Shown in pieces: positions 45,907-56,460 of a DNA stretch of 64,000 bases. Positions within the stretch are counted from its first letter, which is position 1. Each line of letters starts with the position of its first letter. The DNA lies in NCBI GenBank assembly GCA_965200875.1, contig OZ241456.1:608001-672000 (forward strand), in the 5' to 3' direction. The notes beneath the pieces were generated by a model, which was not told the origin of the DNA, did no database searches, and saw only the letters and a list, made by a program, of their open reading frames with translations. The position numbers and the translations under genes are program-made. Source of the stretch: Bdellovibrionales bacterium (GTDB taxonomy: Bacteria > Bdellovibrionota > Bdellovibrionia > Bdellovibrionales > UBA1609).

Positions 45907-46892
45907 AAAATATTTATGGTCACAACATTCCACGAAAAAAGCTTTTTTTTGCTATAAAGAACAAGCATTTGCCCCATGCCATGCTCTTTTCAGGACCTTC
46001 TGGTGTCGGCAAAAAAAAGACAGCTTTTGCTTTGGCGCAGACATTGATTTGCGAAAGACAGTCGCAGGTGGAACACACAGCTTGCGGGGAATGTTTTTCC
46101 TGTATGGCTTTGGAGAAAGGCAAAAGTCAGCATATATTATTTATTCAGCCAGAGGGTTTACATATAAAAGTGGATTCTGTGCGACAGATATGGAAATATT
46201 TGTCTTTGCAAAGTTTTGCACCAGCCCGGGTGATTATTATTGATTGTGCCCATCAAATGAACCTTCAGTCTGCCAACAGTCTTTTAAAAATTTTGGAAGA
46301 GCCTCCTCCAAATGTATATTTTATTTTGATTTCTTCTCTTATGTCCTCTTTGCCTGTAACTGTTCGGTCTCGTTTGCAAGTATTGCGTTTTCTACCTCTT
46401 CAGCCAGAAGATTTGCATAAAATTTTAAAGGAGACTCAGACCGACATGTCCTTTTTTGATTCAGAAAATCAATGGATGATAAAGGCTGTTCAGGGCAGTT
46501 TGGATAATTTTGAAAAATGGATGGCAAACAGAGAGCTAAGAGTTCAGGCTTTTAAATTATTGGGAAAAACTCTACGGAGGGAGGGGCTTTGTTCTTTGGG
46601 AGAATTGGCAGATTTGATTAGACAAAGGGATCAAGCATTGTTTGTATGTCTTTGTTGGCAACAAATATTGAGGGACGCCTTTATGATGAAATTTAACTTT
46701 GAAAATGAGGTTATTCATCAGGATCAAAGAGAGCTGTTAAAGACATTGCAGGTGATTTCCCCTGAGAATTTAATTTTGTTTTTTCAAAAAACCATCCAGA
46801 TGGAGTGGGATTTGAAAAAGTATGTGGATCCGGCTTTAGTTTTTGACAATTTACTAATTTCAGCAAATGATTTTTTTAATTTTGGAGAATGA
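45891..46892 (+). CDS. holB: DNA polymerase III delta-prime subunit
   Basis: HAMLFSGPSGVGK, zinc motif C..CGECFSC, ANSLLKILEEPP, TVRSR; tmk-holB-tatD order. Confidence 0.92.
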   Translation: MAQFLKNIYGHNIPRKKLFFAIKNKHLPHAMLFSGPSGVGKKKTAFALAQTLICERQSQVEHTACGECFSCMALEKGKSQHILFIQPEGLHIKVDSVRQIWKYLSLQSFAPARVIIIDCAHQMNLQSANSLLKILEEPPPNVYFILISSLMSSLPVTVRSRLQVLRFLPLQPEDLHKILKETQTDMSFFDSENQWMIKAVQGSLDNFEKWMANRELRVQAFKLLGKTLRREGLCSLGELADLIRQRDQALFVCLCWQQILRDAFMMKFNFENEVIHQDQRELLKTLQVISPENLILFFQKTIQMEWDLKKYVDPALVFDNLLISANDFFNFGE

Positions 46893-47698
46893 GGTACTTT
46901 ATAATGCTGGACTCTGAACTTCAGGAAATCACTAAAAAACAAAACTGGACGGATGTGCATACGCATTTGAATATGTTGGATATTCCAGCGGAATCAGCGG
47001 TGCAGGAAGCCGATTTAGCGGGCGTAAAAAATATAATTACTATTGGCACGGAACCGGAAGATTGGGGGAAGGTGTTGGAATTTTCTAAAACTTTTCAACA
47101 GGTGAAGGGAGCTTTGGGCATGCACCCTCATTCTGCTAAACTGTATAATGATTCTGTGGAAGAGGTCTTAAAGGAAAAACTGTCAGCAGAGGATATTATT
47201 GCCTGTGGGGAAATAGGTTTGGACTATTATTATGAATATTCAGACAGAGAAAAACAAAAAGAGGTCTTTTACAGGCAAATGGTTTTAGCCCAAGAAAAAA
47301 ACCTGCCTGTGGAAATTCATACCCGATCTGCTGAAGAAGACACTATTTCTATGTTAAAAACATTTAGCGGTTCTGTGAGAGGGCTACTGCATTGTTTTTC
47401 AGGTTCCTGGGAATTGGCACGAACAGCTTTGGACTTGGGTTTTAATATTTCCTTTAGTGGTATTGTTACTTTTAAAAAAGCACAGGATCTGAGGGAAGTT
47501 TGCCAAAGGATTCCTCTGGATCGCCTGCATTTGGAAACAGACGCGCCTTATTTAAGTCCTGTTCCACACAGAGGAAAACAAAACAAACCGGCTTGGTTGA
47601 CACATACAGCAGAGGTAGTGGCGGACTTACATAAAGTGTCGCTTTTGGAGTTGTCTCAAAAAACCTGGAATAACTATAGGAATCTTTTTTTTCTTTAA
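46889..47698 (+). CDS. tatD: TatD family hydrolase
   Basis: DVHTH, GMHPH, GEIGLDY, IHTR, HCFSG, ETDAPYL. Confidence 0.93.
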   Translation: MRYFIMLDSELQEITKKQNWTDVHTHLNMLDIPAESAVQEADLAGVKNIITIGTEPEDWGKVLEFSKTFQQVKGALGMHPHSAKLYNDSVEEVLKEKLSAEDIIACGEIGLDYYYEYSDREKQKEVFYRQMVLAQEKNLPVEIHTRSAEEDTISMLKTFSGSVRGLLHCFSGSWELARTALDLGFNISFSGIVTFKKAQDLREVCQRIPLDRLHLETDAPYLSPVPHRGKQNKPAWLTHTAEVVADLHKVSLLELSQKTWNNYRNLFFL

Positions 47699-47838
47699 AG
47701 CTGTATAGCTTTGTTTATCTGCGACTTCTGCACCAAGCAAGGTGTAATGACATGGAAAATTTTACAATATATTAAAAATGAGATTGATTTAATGAAAATG
47801 AGTTTATACAATCAAATCTTTTAAAGAAAACAAAGGAT

Positions 47839-48948
47839 ATGTTCTTGACCCCCAAAATTTTGTTATTTTTGATAATATTTTTATTTTCCGCCGGATGTTC
47901 AGATTCAAACCTAGCGGAAACGGGTGATAAATCTTATGCACCTTATTTTTGGAAAGTGGAAAAAAATAAAAAAACCTCTTATTTGCTGGGAACAATACAT
48001 GAAGGAGTTACTGTTGAACATTTATCGTGCTCAAAAAAGATAAAATCTTACTTGGAAGAAAGTGATTATTTCTTTACTGAAGTGTACCTTGAGCCAAATA
48101 ATAAAGGTAATGCCAGCCAGTGGGGTAATGATTTCTCCAAGGCAACATATCTTGAACTAAACGACCAAAGTAATACTACCAAAGGAAGTAATAATTTCTC
48201 TTGGATAGCGTATCGTGAATCCAAAAACCTAGGTGATGATGATAATCCGCCGGACAAGCAGGCAAATGGGCGAGATACAAATGGGCGAGATACAAATGGG
48301 CAAGAGAATCAAGAGAGGATAGATTTCACTAAAGCAATGTTGTCTAAGGAGAATGGTCGTGAATTTAAATCACTTAGTGAAGAGAGTAAAATTTTTTTAA
48401 GAAGCAGGGATATTCCTGAAAATTTAAATTATTCGGGTTATTTCTTTACAGTACTGTTCTTATGCGACCAGTCAGCTGTTTTTCGGGCTGGCGGGGAAGG
48501 GGTCTCTTTGGATTTGCAACTTAAGGCGATGGCGCAATCAAAAGGTATGCCTATAGAGTATTTGGATGCTGGTATTGATACTGAGCGTATAGACCAGATG
48601 TTTGTGTCAATAACTGTGTCAGCACTTGGGGGGGAAGTGGATAATCAGGTTGTGGATAAGCAGATCTTGAACTTTGAAAAATGTGTTGCCGATCAAATGG
48701 TTTCGTTTAATCAGTATAAAACTGGTGATATATCAGTTATAAGTGGACTATCTCTTGACGAACAAGAGATTATATTGAAAGAACGCAATTTAATATGGTT
48801 GGATAAGCTGAAAGAATCTCGTCAAAAATATAATCATGTTTTTCTGGCTGGTGGAGTCGGACATTTTATATGGGAGTTCAATATACTGGATATGTTAAGA
48901 AACGAGGGTTTTTCTGTTCATCGTATGAATTCTTCCTGTAGCTTTTAA
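47839..48948 (+). CDS. TraB/GumN family lipoprotein
   Basis: Lipobox-like SAGC, SYLLGTIH, ERN..W, F.AGGVGH; 15-bp NGRDT repeat at 48263-48301. Confidence 0.85.
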   Translation: MFLTPKILLFLIIFLFSAGCSDSNLAETGDKSYAPYFWKVEKNKKTSYLLGTIHEGVTVEHLSCSKKIKSYLEESDYFFTEVYLEPNNKGNASQWGNDFSKATYLELNDQSNTTKGSNNFSWIAYRESKNLGDDDNPPDKQANGRDTNGRDTNGQENQERIDFTKAMLSKENGREFKSLSEESKIFLRSRDIPENLNYSGYFFTVLFLCDQSAVFRAGGEGVSLDLQLKAMAQSKGMPIEYLDAGIDTERIDQMFVSITVSALGGEVDNQVVDKQILNFEKCVADQMVSFNQYKTGDISVISGLSLDEQEIILKERNLIWLDKLKESRQKYNHVFLAGGVGHFIWEFNILDMLRNEGFSVHRMNSSCSF

Positions 48949-49037
48949 CTTTATTCGGCGACTAGGTTTTTCAGGATTGTTGCTCTCTAAAGTAAAATCA
49001 CTTGACTTATAGCACTTTTGAGGTTTTAGAAAATACT

Positions 49038-50033
49038 ATGTCCAAAGTTATATTGACGGGAATCAAACCTACAGGAACGCCTCATTTGGGAAACTATGTG
49101 GGTGCTATTCAACCGTCTCTTGAGTTAACGAATAATGCTTCTGTGGAAAGCTATCTCTTTGTAGCGGATTATCATTCTTTGACCACTGTTCATGATAATC
49201 AGGTTTTAAGTAAAATGATTCATCAGGTGTCTTCAGCTTGGCTGGCCTGTGGTTTGGATCCAGAAAAAACAGTGGTATATCGTCAATCTGATATTCCTGA
49301 ATTATTTGAATTGAATTGGATTTTATCTTGTGTGACTCCAAAAGGTTTAATGAACAGAGGACATTCCTATAAAGCTTTAGTGCAGGCAAACCGCCAAGCA
49401 GGGAGGAAAAATCAGGAGAGCGGTGTCAATATGGGGATCTATAATTATCCGGTATTGATGTCGGCAGATATTTTGCTTTTTTCCGCAGATGAAGTACCAG
49501 TGAGTGAAGATCAGGCACAACATCTGGAAATAACCAGAGACATAGCTCTTAAGTTTAACCATATATTTAAAACAGATTTGCTAAAACTTCCAAAAACTTT
49601 GATAAAAACAAAACTTCTGCCAGGTTTGGATGGGGAAAAAATGAGCAAAAGTAAAGGAAATCATATTCCTCTTTTTTGTTCTTCAAAAAGCCTCCGAAAA
49701 ATCATTATGAAGATCAAGACAGATTCCTCCGCTCCTGAAGAACCTAAAGATCCAGAAAGCTCTATTTTGTTTTCCTTATACAAAGCTTTTGCCTCGAAAG
49801 AGCAAACGGAAGAACTGGCTGATAAATATCAAAATGGAATCGGCTGGGGAGAGGTAAAAAATCTTCTTTATCAGCTACTGGAAGAGCGTTTTTCGGAAAA
49901 AAGAAAAGTGTATGAATCCTTACTGGCGGATCCAAAAAAAGTCAATGCGATTTTAAAAGAAGGTGCAGAAAAAGCCCGGGAAAAAGCAAAAACTCTTATG
50001 CCAAAAATCAGATCCGCTATCGGTATAAAATAA
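49038..50033 (+). CDS. trpS: Tryptophanyl-tRNA synthetase
   Basis: TGIKPTG.PHLGN, YPVLMSADIL, KMSKS. Confidence 0.95.
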   Translation: MSKVILTGIKPTGTPHLGNYVGAIQPSLELTNNASVESYLFVADYHSLTTVHDNQVLSKMIHQVSSAWLACGLDPEKTVVYRQSDIPELFELNWILSCVTPKGLMNRGHSYKALVQANRQAGRKNQESGVNMGIYNYPVLMSADILLFSADEVPVSEDQAQHLEITRDIALKFNHIFKTDLLKLPKTLIKTKLLPGLDGEKMSKSKGNHIPLFCSSKSLRKIIMKIKTDSSAPEEPKDPESSILFSLYKAFASKEQTEELADKYQNGIGWGEVKNLLYQLLEERFSEKRKVYESLLADPKKVNAILKEGAEKAREKAKTLMPKIRSAIGIK

Positions 50034-50103
50034 AACCTTTCTTCAACAGAATTATATTGAGGTGGGGGAGTGAATATTGTTGTTATTGCTTTTTTAAAAA
50101 AAA

Positions 50104-51681
50104 TCAGTTTTTTTTGTTTTCCGAAAGACGAAAATAGGTTTTGTTTGTTTCCCAAGTTGTGCCTGTAGGAGAGTCTTTAACTTCGATATTCATTTTTATA
50201 AGCTTACTTCTTATTTCATCTGCTTTTTTAAAATTGTTATTTTTACGGGCCAGCTCTCTTTCCATTATCAATTTATTAATTTCCTTTCGATTGATATTAT
50301 TCTTTTTCAAAAAAATGTTATCCATTTCTTTTAAAAATAAATTTGGTGGTTCTTGAAAGAGGCTCATTATTTTTCCATAGTCAGTAATGATTTCCTTGAT
50401 ATGTTTGGCGTATAAAGCTAATTCCTGTTGAGTGTATTTAGAGTGATTTTTTTTTTCATTGAATTGGCGGATGAGTGTAAACATAACAGCGAGAGCTGAA
50501 GGGGTGTTTAAGTCATCATCAAAATGTATTTCTATATTTTTCCTAGCCGATTGAATTTCCTGTAAAAACTGTGTGTAATGCTTATTCTCTGTAATCTGTT
50601 TGATGATTGTGGAAAAATTTGAATATTTTTGGAATAAAATTTCAGCTGTTTGCAAAAAAATGTAAACTCTTGAAAGGGCTTGAATGCACTGTAAAATTTT
50701 ATTTTCTGAAACCTCTGTCATGGAGCGATAGTGTGCGGACAAAACGAGGTATTTAAAAATTTCCCCATTATATTCTTCTAGGAAAGCTCGCATAATGTTG
50801 ACATTGCCTGTGGATTTAGCCATTTTTTCGCCACCAAAGGTAAACATATTGTTATGCACCCAATATTTCACGAAAGGCCCTGATTTTGCTCCTTCTGCCT
50901 GTGCAAGCTCATTTTCATGATGAGGGAAGAGCAGATCAGATCCACCCCCATGAATGTCAATATTATTTCCCAAAAGGGAAAAAATCATGGTCGTGCATTC
51001 CAAGTGCCAGCCAGGTCGTCCTCTGCCCCAAGGAGAATCCCACCCTGGTTCTTCTTCCGGGCAGGATTTCCATAGTGCGAAATCTCTCAAATCTTTTTTT
51101 CTTTTATCCGCTTCCACACGGGTTTGCCATACAGCTTGATTTTCAGAATTAACATCTCCTGGTGTTGAGTTTTCTGAAGAATCAGGATTTTTTTTTTCTT
51201 TTTTCATCCGTTTACTGAGTTTTCCATAGTCGGAAAAATTTTTTACGGAATAAAATATATCTTTATCCACCAAGTATGCTTTTTCTTTTTGTAAAAGAGT
51301 TTTAATCAGCTGAATCATTTCTGGTATGAATTTTGTAGCTTGAGGATTATATTCATGTTTCTTTAATTTTAAGGATTGAAAATCTTTTTTAAACTCCTGT
51401 ATGTATGTATTCGCTATTTCTTCCATTGTTTTGTTTTCTTTTTGTGCTCGATTGAGAATTTTATCATCCACATCCGTGAAATTATAGGCATAAATAACCT
51501 TGTAGTTTTTGTGTTCTAGCCATTGTCGGAGCAAGTTGAAGACAACTGCTCCGCGAAAATTACCGATATGCAAGAGATCATACACAGTGGGGCCACAACA
51601 GTACATTTTCACGATGGGAGGATTCAGAGGTGTGAACACCTCTTTTTTTTGGTTTAAACTATTATAAATCAAAAAAGGCAT
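50104..51681 (-). CDS. cysS: Cysteinyl-tRNA synthetase
   Basis: CGPTVY, HIGN, DFALWK, GRPGWHLEC, FPHHENE, KMAKS. Confidence 0.96.
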   Translation of the reverse strand: MPFLIYNSLNQKKEVFTPLNPPIVKMYCCGPTVYDLLHIGNFRGAVVFNLLRQWLEHKNYKVIYAYNFTDVDDKILNRAQKENKTMEEIANTYIQEFKKDFQSLKLKKHEYNPQATKFIPEMIQLIKTLLQKEKAYLVDKDIFYSVKNFSDYGKLSKRMKKEKKNPDSSENSTPGDVNSENQAVWQTRVEADKRKKDLRDFALWKSCPEEEPGWDSPWGRGRPGWHLECTTMIFSLLGNNIDIHGGGSDLLFPHHENELAQAEGAKSGPFVKYWVHNNMFTFGGEKMAKSTGNVNIMRAFLEEYNGEIFKYLVLSAHYRSMTEVSENKILQCIQALSRVYIFLQTAEILFQKYSNFSTIIKQITENKHYTQFLQEIQSARKNIEIHFDDDLNTPSALAVMFTLIRQFNEKKNHSKYTQQELALYAKHIKEIITDYGKIMSLFQEPPNLFLKEMDNIFLKKNNINRKEINKLIMERELARKNNNFKKADEIRSKLIKMNIEVKDSPTGTTWETNKTYFRLSENKKN

Positions 51682-51696
51682 AATTTTTATAAATAG

Positions 51697-51921
51697 TTAG
51701 TTGTTTTGTGGGCCGTCGTTATGAATGGCTTCCACTGGGCAGGTCTCCATAGCTTCCTGACAAAGATTGTACTCTTCTTGGTTTTGGGGTTGTCGGCAAA
51801 CATAGGCCAGAGCTTTTTCTTCGTCTATTTTAAAATGTTTTTCCGCTATCAGGACACAGGCATCACAAGCTATACATTCTTCATCCACATGGAAGGTGTT
51901 TTTTTTATTTACTTCATTCAT
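51697..51921 (-). CDS. Single-cluster ferredoxin
   Basis: CIACDAC ... CPVEAI. Confidence 0.88.
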   Translation of the reverse strand: MNEVNKKNTFHVDEECIACDACVLIAEKHFKIDEEKALAYVCRQPQNQEEYNLCQEAMETCPVEAIHNDGPQNN

Positions 51922-52066
51922 TATTGTAAAATATTTCCTTTGAACAGCTTGAAAAAATAATATACTTATTGAGAAATATTTGCAAGATTTTATAAAAAAA
52001 ACCGCTTGTTTTCTTGAAAACTTTTCATAAGATAACTATATCTTAACAATAATCTGAATAAAAAAA

Positions 52067-53185
52067 TTGACAGTTATTGGTATTATATTGGTACATTGTT
52101 TTTTGATGATACTGATATTTCTTGTATTTTTTGGAATAATGTATAATGTCACCGCGAAAGAGCAAAACCCAGTGGTGGACCATCTAGCGGTTGGCCCTCC
52201 AATGGATGAAAATATGCCTTTGGATTTTCATATATTTTTTCTTGAAAAGCATTTGGAAAAAGAGATTTGTACACCATCTGTCATTGTGTCTGTTTTAAGG
52301 GTTGTTAATAATCAGGATTTGGATGTGTATAAAAGAAATGAAATATTGGAACTTGCATTCACGACTTGTGCGGAAAACGAGGAGTTTAAACATGCTATAT
52401 CTTTACTGTCTGTTGAACCAGAACTGGAATGGTCTTTGAGAGAAAAAGTGTTGATTTATCATCAGGCTAAAAGCGTTGTATGTTCTCACCCTATTGTGGA
52501 GTATCTTCTGGAAAGTTTTTCTCAGGAGATAAACTGGCATATCAGAGAAGCTATAGTGGATATTTTATCCGAGTCACAGGAAGATTGTGCTCAGCGGGTG
52601 ATTTCTTTTTTTTCGGAATTTGTTATGCGGGATTCAGAAGAGATGTCTACAGATTTAGTGGATTTTCGTCAAAGGAAAATTCATTTGATTCTTTGGTCTT
52701 TGGTGCGTTTGGGTATGCAACATGGTGGTCATCCATCTGTAGTTGCTGAGCTAAAAGAAATGGCTATGAAATATGACATGAATGTGTATTTTCGGGTTAG
52801 TGCTGTTGAGGCTTTACAGGATCTTAGTCTCTATTTTGAGATATCTGCTCAGGCTCTTTATGAAATTGTCAGGGACAATAAGAGAGTACCCCAATCAGAT
52901 TTTATTACTTATGATCAAAGGATTAGAGATGCAAATGATGTAAAGGTCAGAGATCAGGCTTTTTTGGCTTTGTTGGAGCTTTTGGAAGAAGATTATAATG
53001 ATTTTTTTTCTTTCTTGAGTAAAAAGCCGTCTGCGGAACAGATTTATCGCAGTAAAGTTTTTGAGGATCAACCTTTGCCGGCGGAGCATCTTGATTTATA
53101 TGCTCGCCCCGCTCTGATAAAACTGGTACAAGATACAAGTGTGGAACAGCAATATCGTGATCGCGCTCGGTTCATTTTACAATAG
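52067..53185 (+). CDS. Membrane-anchored or secreted alpha-helical (HEAT-like) hypothetical protein
   Basis: N-terminal hydrophobic segment; WHIREAIVDIL, YFRVSAVEAL, VRDQAFLAL repeats. Confidence 0.65.
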   Translation: MTVIGIILVHCFLMILIFLVFFGIMYNVTAKEQNPVVDHLAVGPPMDENMPLDFHIFFLEKHLEKEICTPSVIVSVLRVVNNQDLDVYKRNEILELAFTTCAENEEFKHAISLLSVEPELEWSLREKVLIYHQAKSVVCSHPIVEYLLESFSQEINWHIREAIVDILSESQEDCAQRVISFFSEFVMRDSEEMSTDLVDFRQRKIHLILWSLVRLGMQHGGHPSVVAELKEMAMKYDMNVYFRVSAVEALQDLSLYFEISAQALYEIVRDNKRVPQSDFITYDQRIRDANDVKVRDQAFLALLELLEEDYNDFFSFLSKKPSAEQIYRSKVFEDQPLPAEHLDLYARPALIKLVQDTSVEQQYRDRARFILQ

Positions 53186-53188
53186 TGA

Positions 53189-53290
53189 GTTCTCCGGGAA
53201 AAAGTATGTTATTTTGACTTGATTTTTGCCTGTGTAGAGCGGAAATGCAGATACAAAAAACACTGATAAACCCGAAAAAACATACTTTAT
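53189..53290. mobile_element. Degenerate MITE, long-form left part
   Basis: GTTCTCCGGGAAAAAGTATGTTATTTTGACTTGAT just after a TAG stop; inverted AAAACATACTTT near 53280. Confidence 0.7.
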
Positions 53291-53390
53291 TTAAAAAAAA
53301 TGATAAAAAATGTACTTTTCTGGTTAAAATTATTAAAGAAAGCTTTATTTTTTTATTTAATTGATGATATGCTGAGTTAGTTATCCGGTA

Positions 53391-53450
53391 TTGGCCAGTG
53401 AAAGAATCTGTGGGGTTATTAAGGAGATATGAGCAGATATTTTCCTTATT
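53391..53450. mobile_element. Degenerate MITE, short form
   Basis: TTGGCCAGTGAAAGAATCTGTGGGGTTATTAAGGAGAT...TTTTCCTT aligns with 20944-21030. Confidence 0.55.
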
Positions 53451-53633
53451 GAATAATTTTGAATTATTAAGAATAGAAAATTTTTTACAGATGGTTTTTG
53501 TATAGTATTGGGGATACATTTATTTATCCAGCTGGTTTTTCATCTTCATTGTTTCCTTCTTGATTTTTAGCATTTTGCAACTTCCCTTGCATAGCCAAAT
53601 CCGAAAGATCGGAAACTTTAAACTAGGAAATTT

Positions 53634-54029
53634 ATGAATCATAATTTGAAAAATTTTATTTGTTTATTTATTTTACTCACACTTTCTTTTTCTGTTTTTG
53701 GTGTGGAAATAAGTAGTGACTTATTCATCTCAGAAAAGGAGAGCTTTGAGAAAGAGAATACAGAAGTGTCGGAGTTGGAAAATACAACGGATTGGAAAGA
53801 ACCTGTTGTAAATAGGGTATATACAAAAGAAAAAGTAATAATTAAAAGAGATACTTCTGCCTTGGATGAAGAAGTGGAAGATTTAGAGAGCAGAGAGATT
53901 AGAGAGAATGTGACAGATACTTCTTTGGATACAGAGTTTCAAAGAAGGCCCTCTTCCAGCAGTGAAATACCAGATCAATCAGTGGATTATGGAGATTATG
54001 AAATCCATTGGACTAAACGCAATAAATAA
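53634..54029 (+). CDS. Secreted acidic hypothetical protein
   Basis: Signal peptide, Glu/Asp-rich body, RRPSS motif. Confidence 0.65.
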   Translation: MNHNLKNFICLFILLTLSFSVFGVEISSDLFISEKESFEKENTEVSELENTTDWKEPVVNRVYTKEKVIIKRDTSALDEEVEDLESREIRENVTDTSLDTEFQRRPSSSSEIPDQSVDYGDYEIHWTKRNK

Positions 54030-54220
54030 ATCTTAAAAAATCCCGATATAATTTTTTTCCAAAAATGTAATCTTTACACGATCTTGTTTTTTCTATATGT
54101 ATTTCTTGTCCGACTGGATATAATAATAATGTTTCAGATTTTCAATTCTCCCAATGTTATGAGGAGAGCGGATCAAACGGGAAGTTTTAATGTTCTTAGA
54201 GTGGCCTAGGGAGATAATTT

Positions 54221-55522
54221 ATGAAATTTATTGGTTATATGTTTCTTTTGTTATTTGTGAATACTTCTCTTGCAGTGAATGAAAATGAAGGATTGGAGCA
54301 TATTCTGTCTCTTGATGTTTATAATCCCAGTGAAGATGAATTTTCCGTCACTCAGGCTATCGTTCCTATTTTTAATAAATCCACTGCCAGTCGTGGAACC
54401 GCTTTTTTTATCAGTCCTGATAGGCTGGTTACCAATTTTCATGCCGTCTGCTGTTTTCGAGGTCCTGTTAATGAAAATTTATATATAACCACAAAAGAAG
54501 GGGAAAAAGTGAAAATTGATAAACTGATATATACTTCGGCTTATCATGACTTTGCTGTATTGAAAATTAATGGATTTTCTTCGGATCATTTTTTAAACCT
54601 TGCAGAGGAGAATAATATTGAAATTCATGATGATATTCAAAGCTTTGGATATGTAGCTAAATCTCAAGATATTGTTCGCTTAAAGGGGAAAATAGTGGAT
54701 AAAGATGGCGATCTGTATGGGGGAACATTTAATTTTTATAGACTTTACGGTTTTAGTGGTTCTCCGATTATGTATGGAAATAATAATGAGGTGGCAGGTA
54801 TTATATTTCTAGGTGTCCACAATATAGGGTATATAATACCTGCTGGGAAAATTACTGAAATGATGGGTTTAAATCGGCCTTGTTCAGATCCCACTTCCTG
54901 TCAGGCCAATGCTTTGCACTTTTTGGTTAACCAGGCAAAGTCAGAAGATGCACAAGCACAATTTATATTATCAAGCTTGCTTTATAGTGATAGCTCACCA
55001 AGTAAGAATTTTGACTATTTTTTGGAAAAGGATATACTGGATAAACTATCTCAATTAGTATTTCTGTATTCCTCAGCAGAAGCGGGTTATAGCCATTCGA
55101 TGGTTGAATGGGGCAGGATATTGATGAACACAAACAACCGAAGTGATTATATTTCTGCCGGGAATTATTTTTTACAAGCTAGTAAGCAAAACAATATTCT
55201 TGCTCATTTTTTTAGAGGAGGGTGGTTATTGAATGAGATTGAGATGCAGGATTCTACTTTGGATGATGAGAGTATTGATTTTCATCGGACTGAAGCGATG
55301 ATAAATTCTTTTAAAAAATCCGCTTCTGTGGGACATCTGATGTCACAGTGGATGTTAGGAAGGATTTATTATGACGAATATAAAGCGAGTCAAACAAACA
55401 CAGATGATGAAACTGCTACCGAGCGTTATAAGCAACAAGCCCTTAAATGGTTAAGAATGGCTGGAAATGAAAATCATCATTCTTCAGCTGTTAGACTAAT
55501 GCTGGAAATTCTAATAGAATAA
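54221..55522 (+). CDS. Secreted trypsin-like serine protease fused to Sel1-like repeats
   Basis: GTAFFI, TNFHAV, DFAVL, GFSGSP triad motifs; AQAQFILS, SQWMLGRIYY, ALKWLRMAG. Confidence 0.85.
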   Translation: MKFIGYMFLLLFVNTSLAVNENEGLEHILSLDVYNPSEDEFSVTQAIVPIFNKSTASRGTAFFISPDRLVTNFHAVCCFRGPVNENLYITTKEGEKVKIDKLIYTSAYHDFAVLKINGFSSDHFLNLAEENNIEIHDDIQSFGYVAKSQDIVRLKGKIVDKDGDLYGGTFNFYRLYGFSGSPIMYGNNNEVAGIIFLGVHNIGYIIPAGKITEMMGLNRPCSDPTSCQANALHFLVNQAKSEDAQAQFILSSLLYSDSSPSKNFDYFLEKDILDKLSQLVFLYSSAEAGYSHSMVEWGRILMNTNNRSDYISAGNYFLQASKQNNILAHFFRGGWLLNEIEMQDSTLDDESIDFHRTEAMINSFKKSASVGHLMSQWMLGRIYYDEYKASQTNTDDETATERYKQQALKWLRMAGNENHHSSAVRLMLEILIE

Positions 55523-55563
55523 ATCAAATCTCGTATCATGCGCACAGAAGAAGCTGGAATGTA

Positions 55564-56343
55564 TCAATACCCCACCGCAAAGTCCTCTGAAGGCAAGGTA
55601 AGAATTTCACACCCATCTTCCTGAATCAACACAGTATGCTCAAACTGAGCGGAGAGCGTTTGATCGGAAGTTTCATAATATTTAATCTCAGAACTGGGAA
55701 TGTTAAACTCTTTGATAGGAGCAGAGGTTTCGTTAATCATGGGTTCCACTGTAATACAACAATCTTTCTGCAAAATCACACCTTTGCCTTTCTTCCCTTT
55801 AGAAGGTACAAACGGATCTTCATGGAAGTATTTTCCGATTCCATGACCTCCAATTTCCAATACAGGATAAAACCCTTTTCTTGTCACATACTTATTAATG
55901 GCAAAGCCAATATCCCCTGTCGTGTTGCCCGCTTTCACTTGCTCAATCCCTTTCAACATTGCTTGGTGTGCACATTCTGTAATCCTCTTGGCTTTTTCCG
56001 ACACTTCCCCCACATAAAAAGTTCTAGAAGTATCTCCATGAAATCCCTCTTTAATACAAGTCACATCAATATTGACGATATCCCCCTCTTGCAAAACATA
56101 AGAATCAGGAACACCATGACAAATACAATGATTCACAGAAACACATATAGACTTGGGATATCCTTTGTACTCCAAAGGGGCTGAAACAGCTCCTAGAGAT
56201 AAAGTCAGCTCGTGCGCGTTTTTATTCAATAGATCAGTTCTCACTCCCGGTTGGACCATTTTTCCCACCTGAGCTAAGACCTGAGCTGCCAGCTTTCCAG
56301 CTGACCTCATTAAACATATTTCCTGGCTTGTTAAAGGATTCAT
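55564..56343 (-). CDS. map: Methionine aminopeptidase type I
   Basis: ICHGVP, NIDVT, GDTSRT, GHGIG..FHEDP, EPMIN, SAQFEHT. Confidence 0.96.
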   Translation of the reverse strand: MNPLTSQEICLMRSAGKLAAQVLAQVGKMVQPGVRTDLLNKNAHELTLSLGAVSAPLEYKGYPKSICVSVNHCICHGVPDSYVLQEGDIVNIDVTCIKEGFHGDTSRTFYVGEVSEKAKRITECAHQAMLKGIEQVKAGNTTGDIGFAINKYVTRKGFYPVLEIGGHGIGKYFHEDPFVPSKGKKGKGVILQKDCCITVEPMINETSAPIKEFNIPSSEIKYYETSDQTLSAQFEHTVLIQEDGCEILTLPSEDFAVGY

Positions 56344-56390
56344 ACAAGTAACCTTTTTTATCAGAGGCTTTTCATTGGCGACTGACTATT

Positions 56391-56421
56391 AAAAAAAGAG
56401 CCTGTTTTTTAAAAACAGGCT
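56391..56421 (-). terminator. Rho-independent terminator of the SWIB gene
   Basis: AGCCTGTTTT-loop-AAAACAGGCT hairpin followed by a U run on the minus strand. Confidence 0.7.
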
Positions 56422-56460
56422 ACTTTCTTACTTAATCAATTAAAAGATAAGCAATCATTT

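Noticed and set aside
53172..53519. 115-aa minus-strand ORF
   Set aside because: Runs through degenerate MITE sequence; no protein motif
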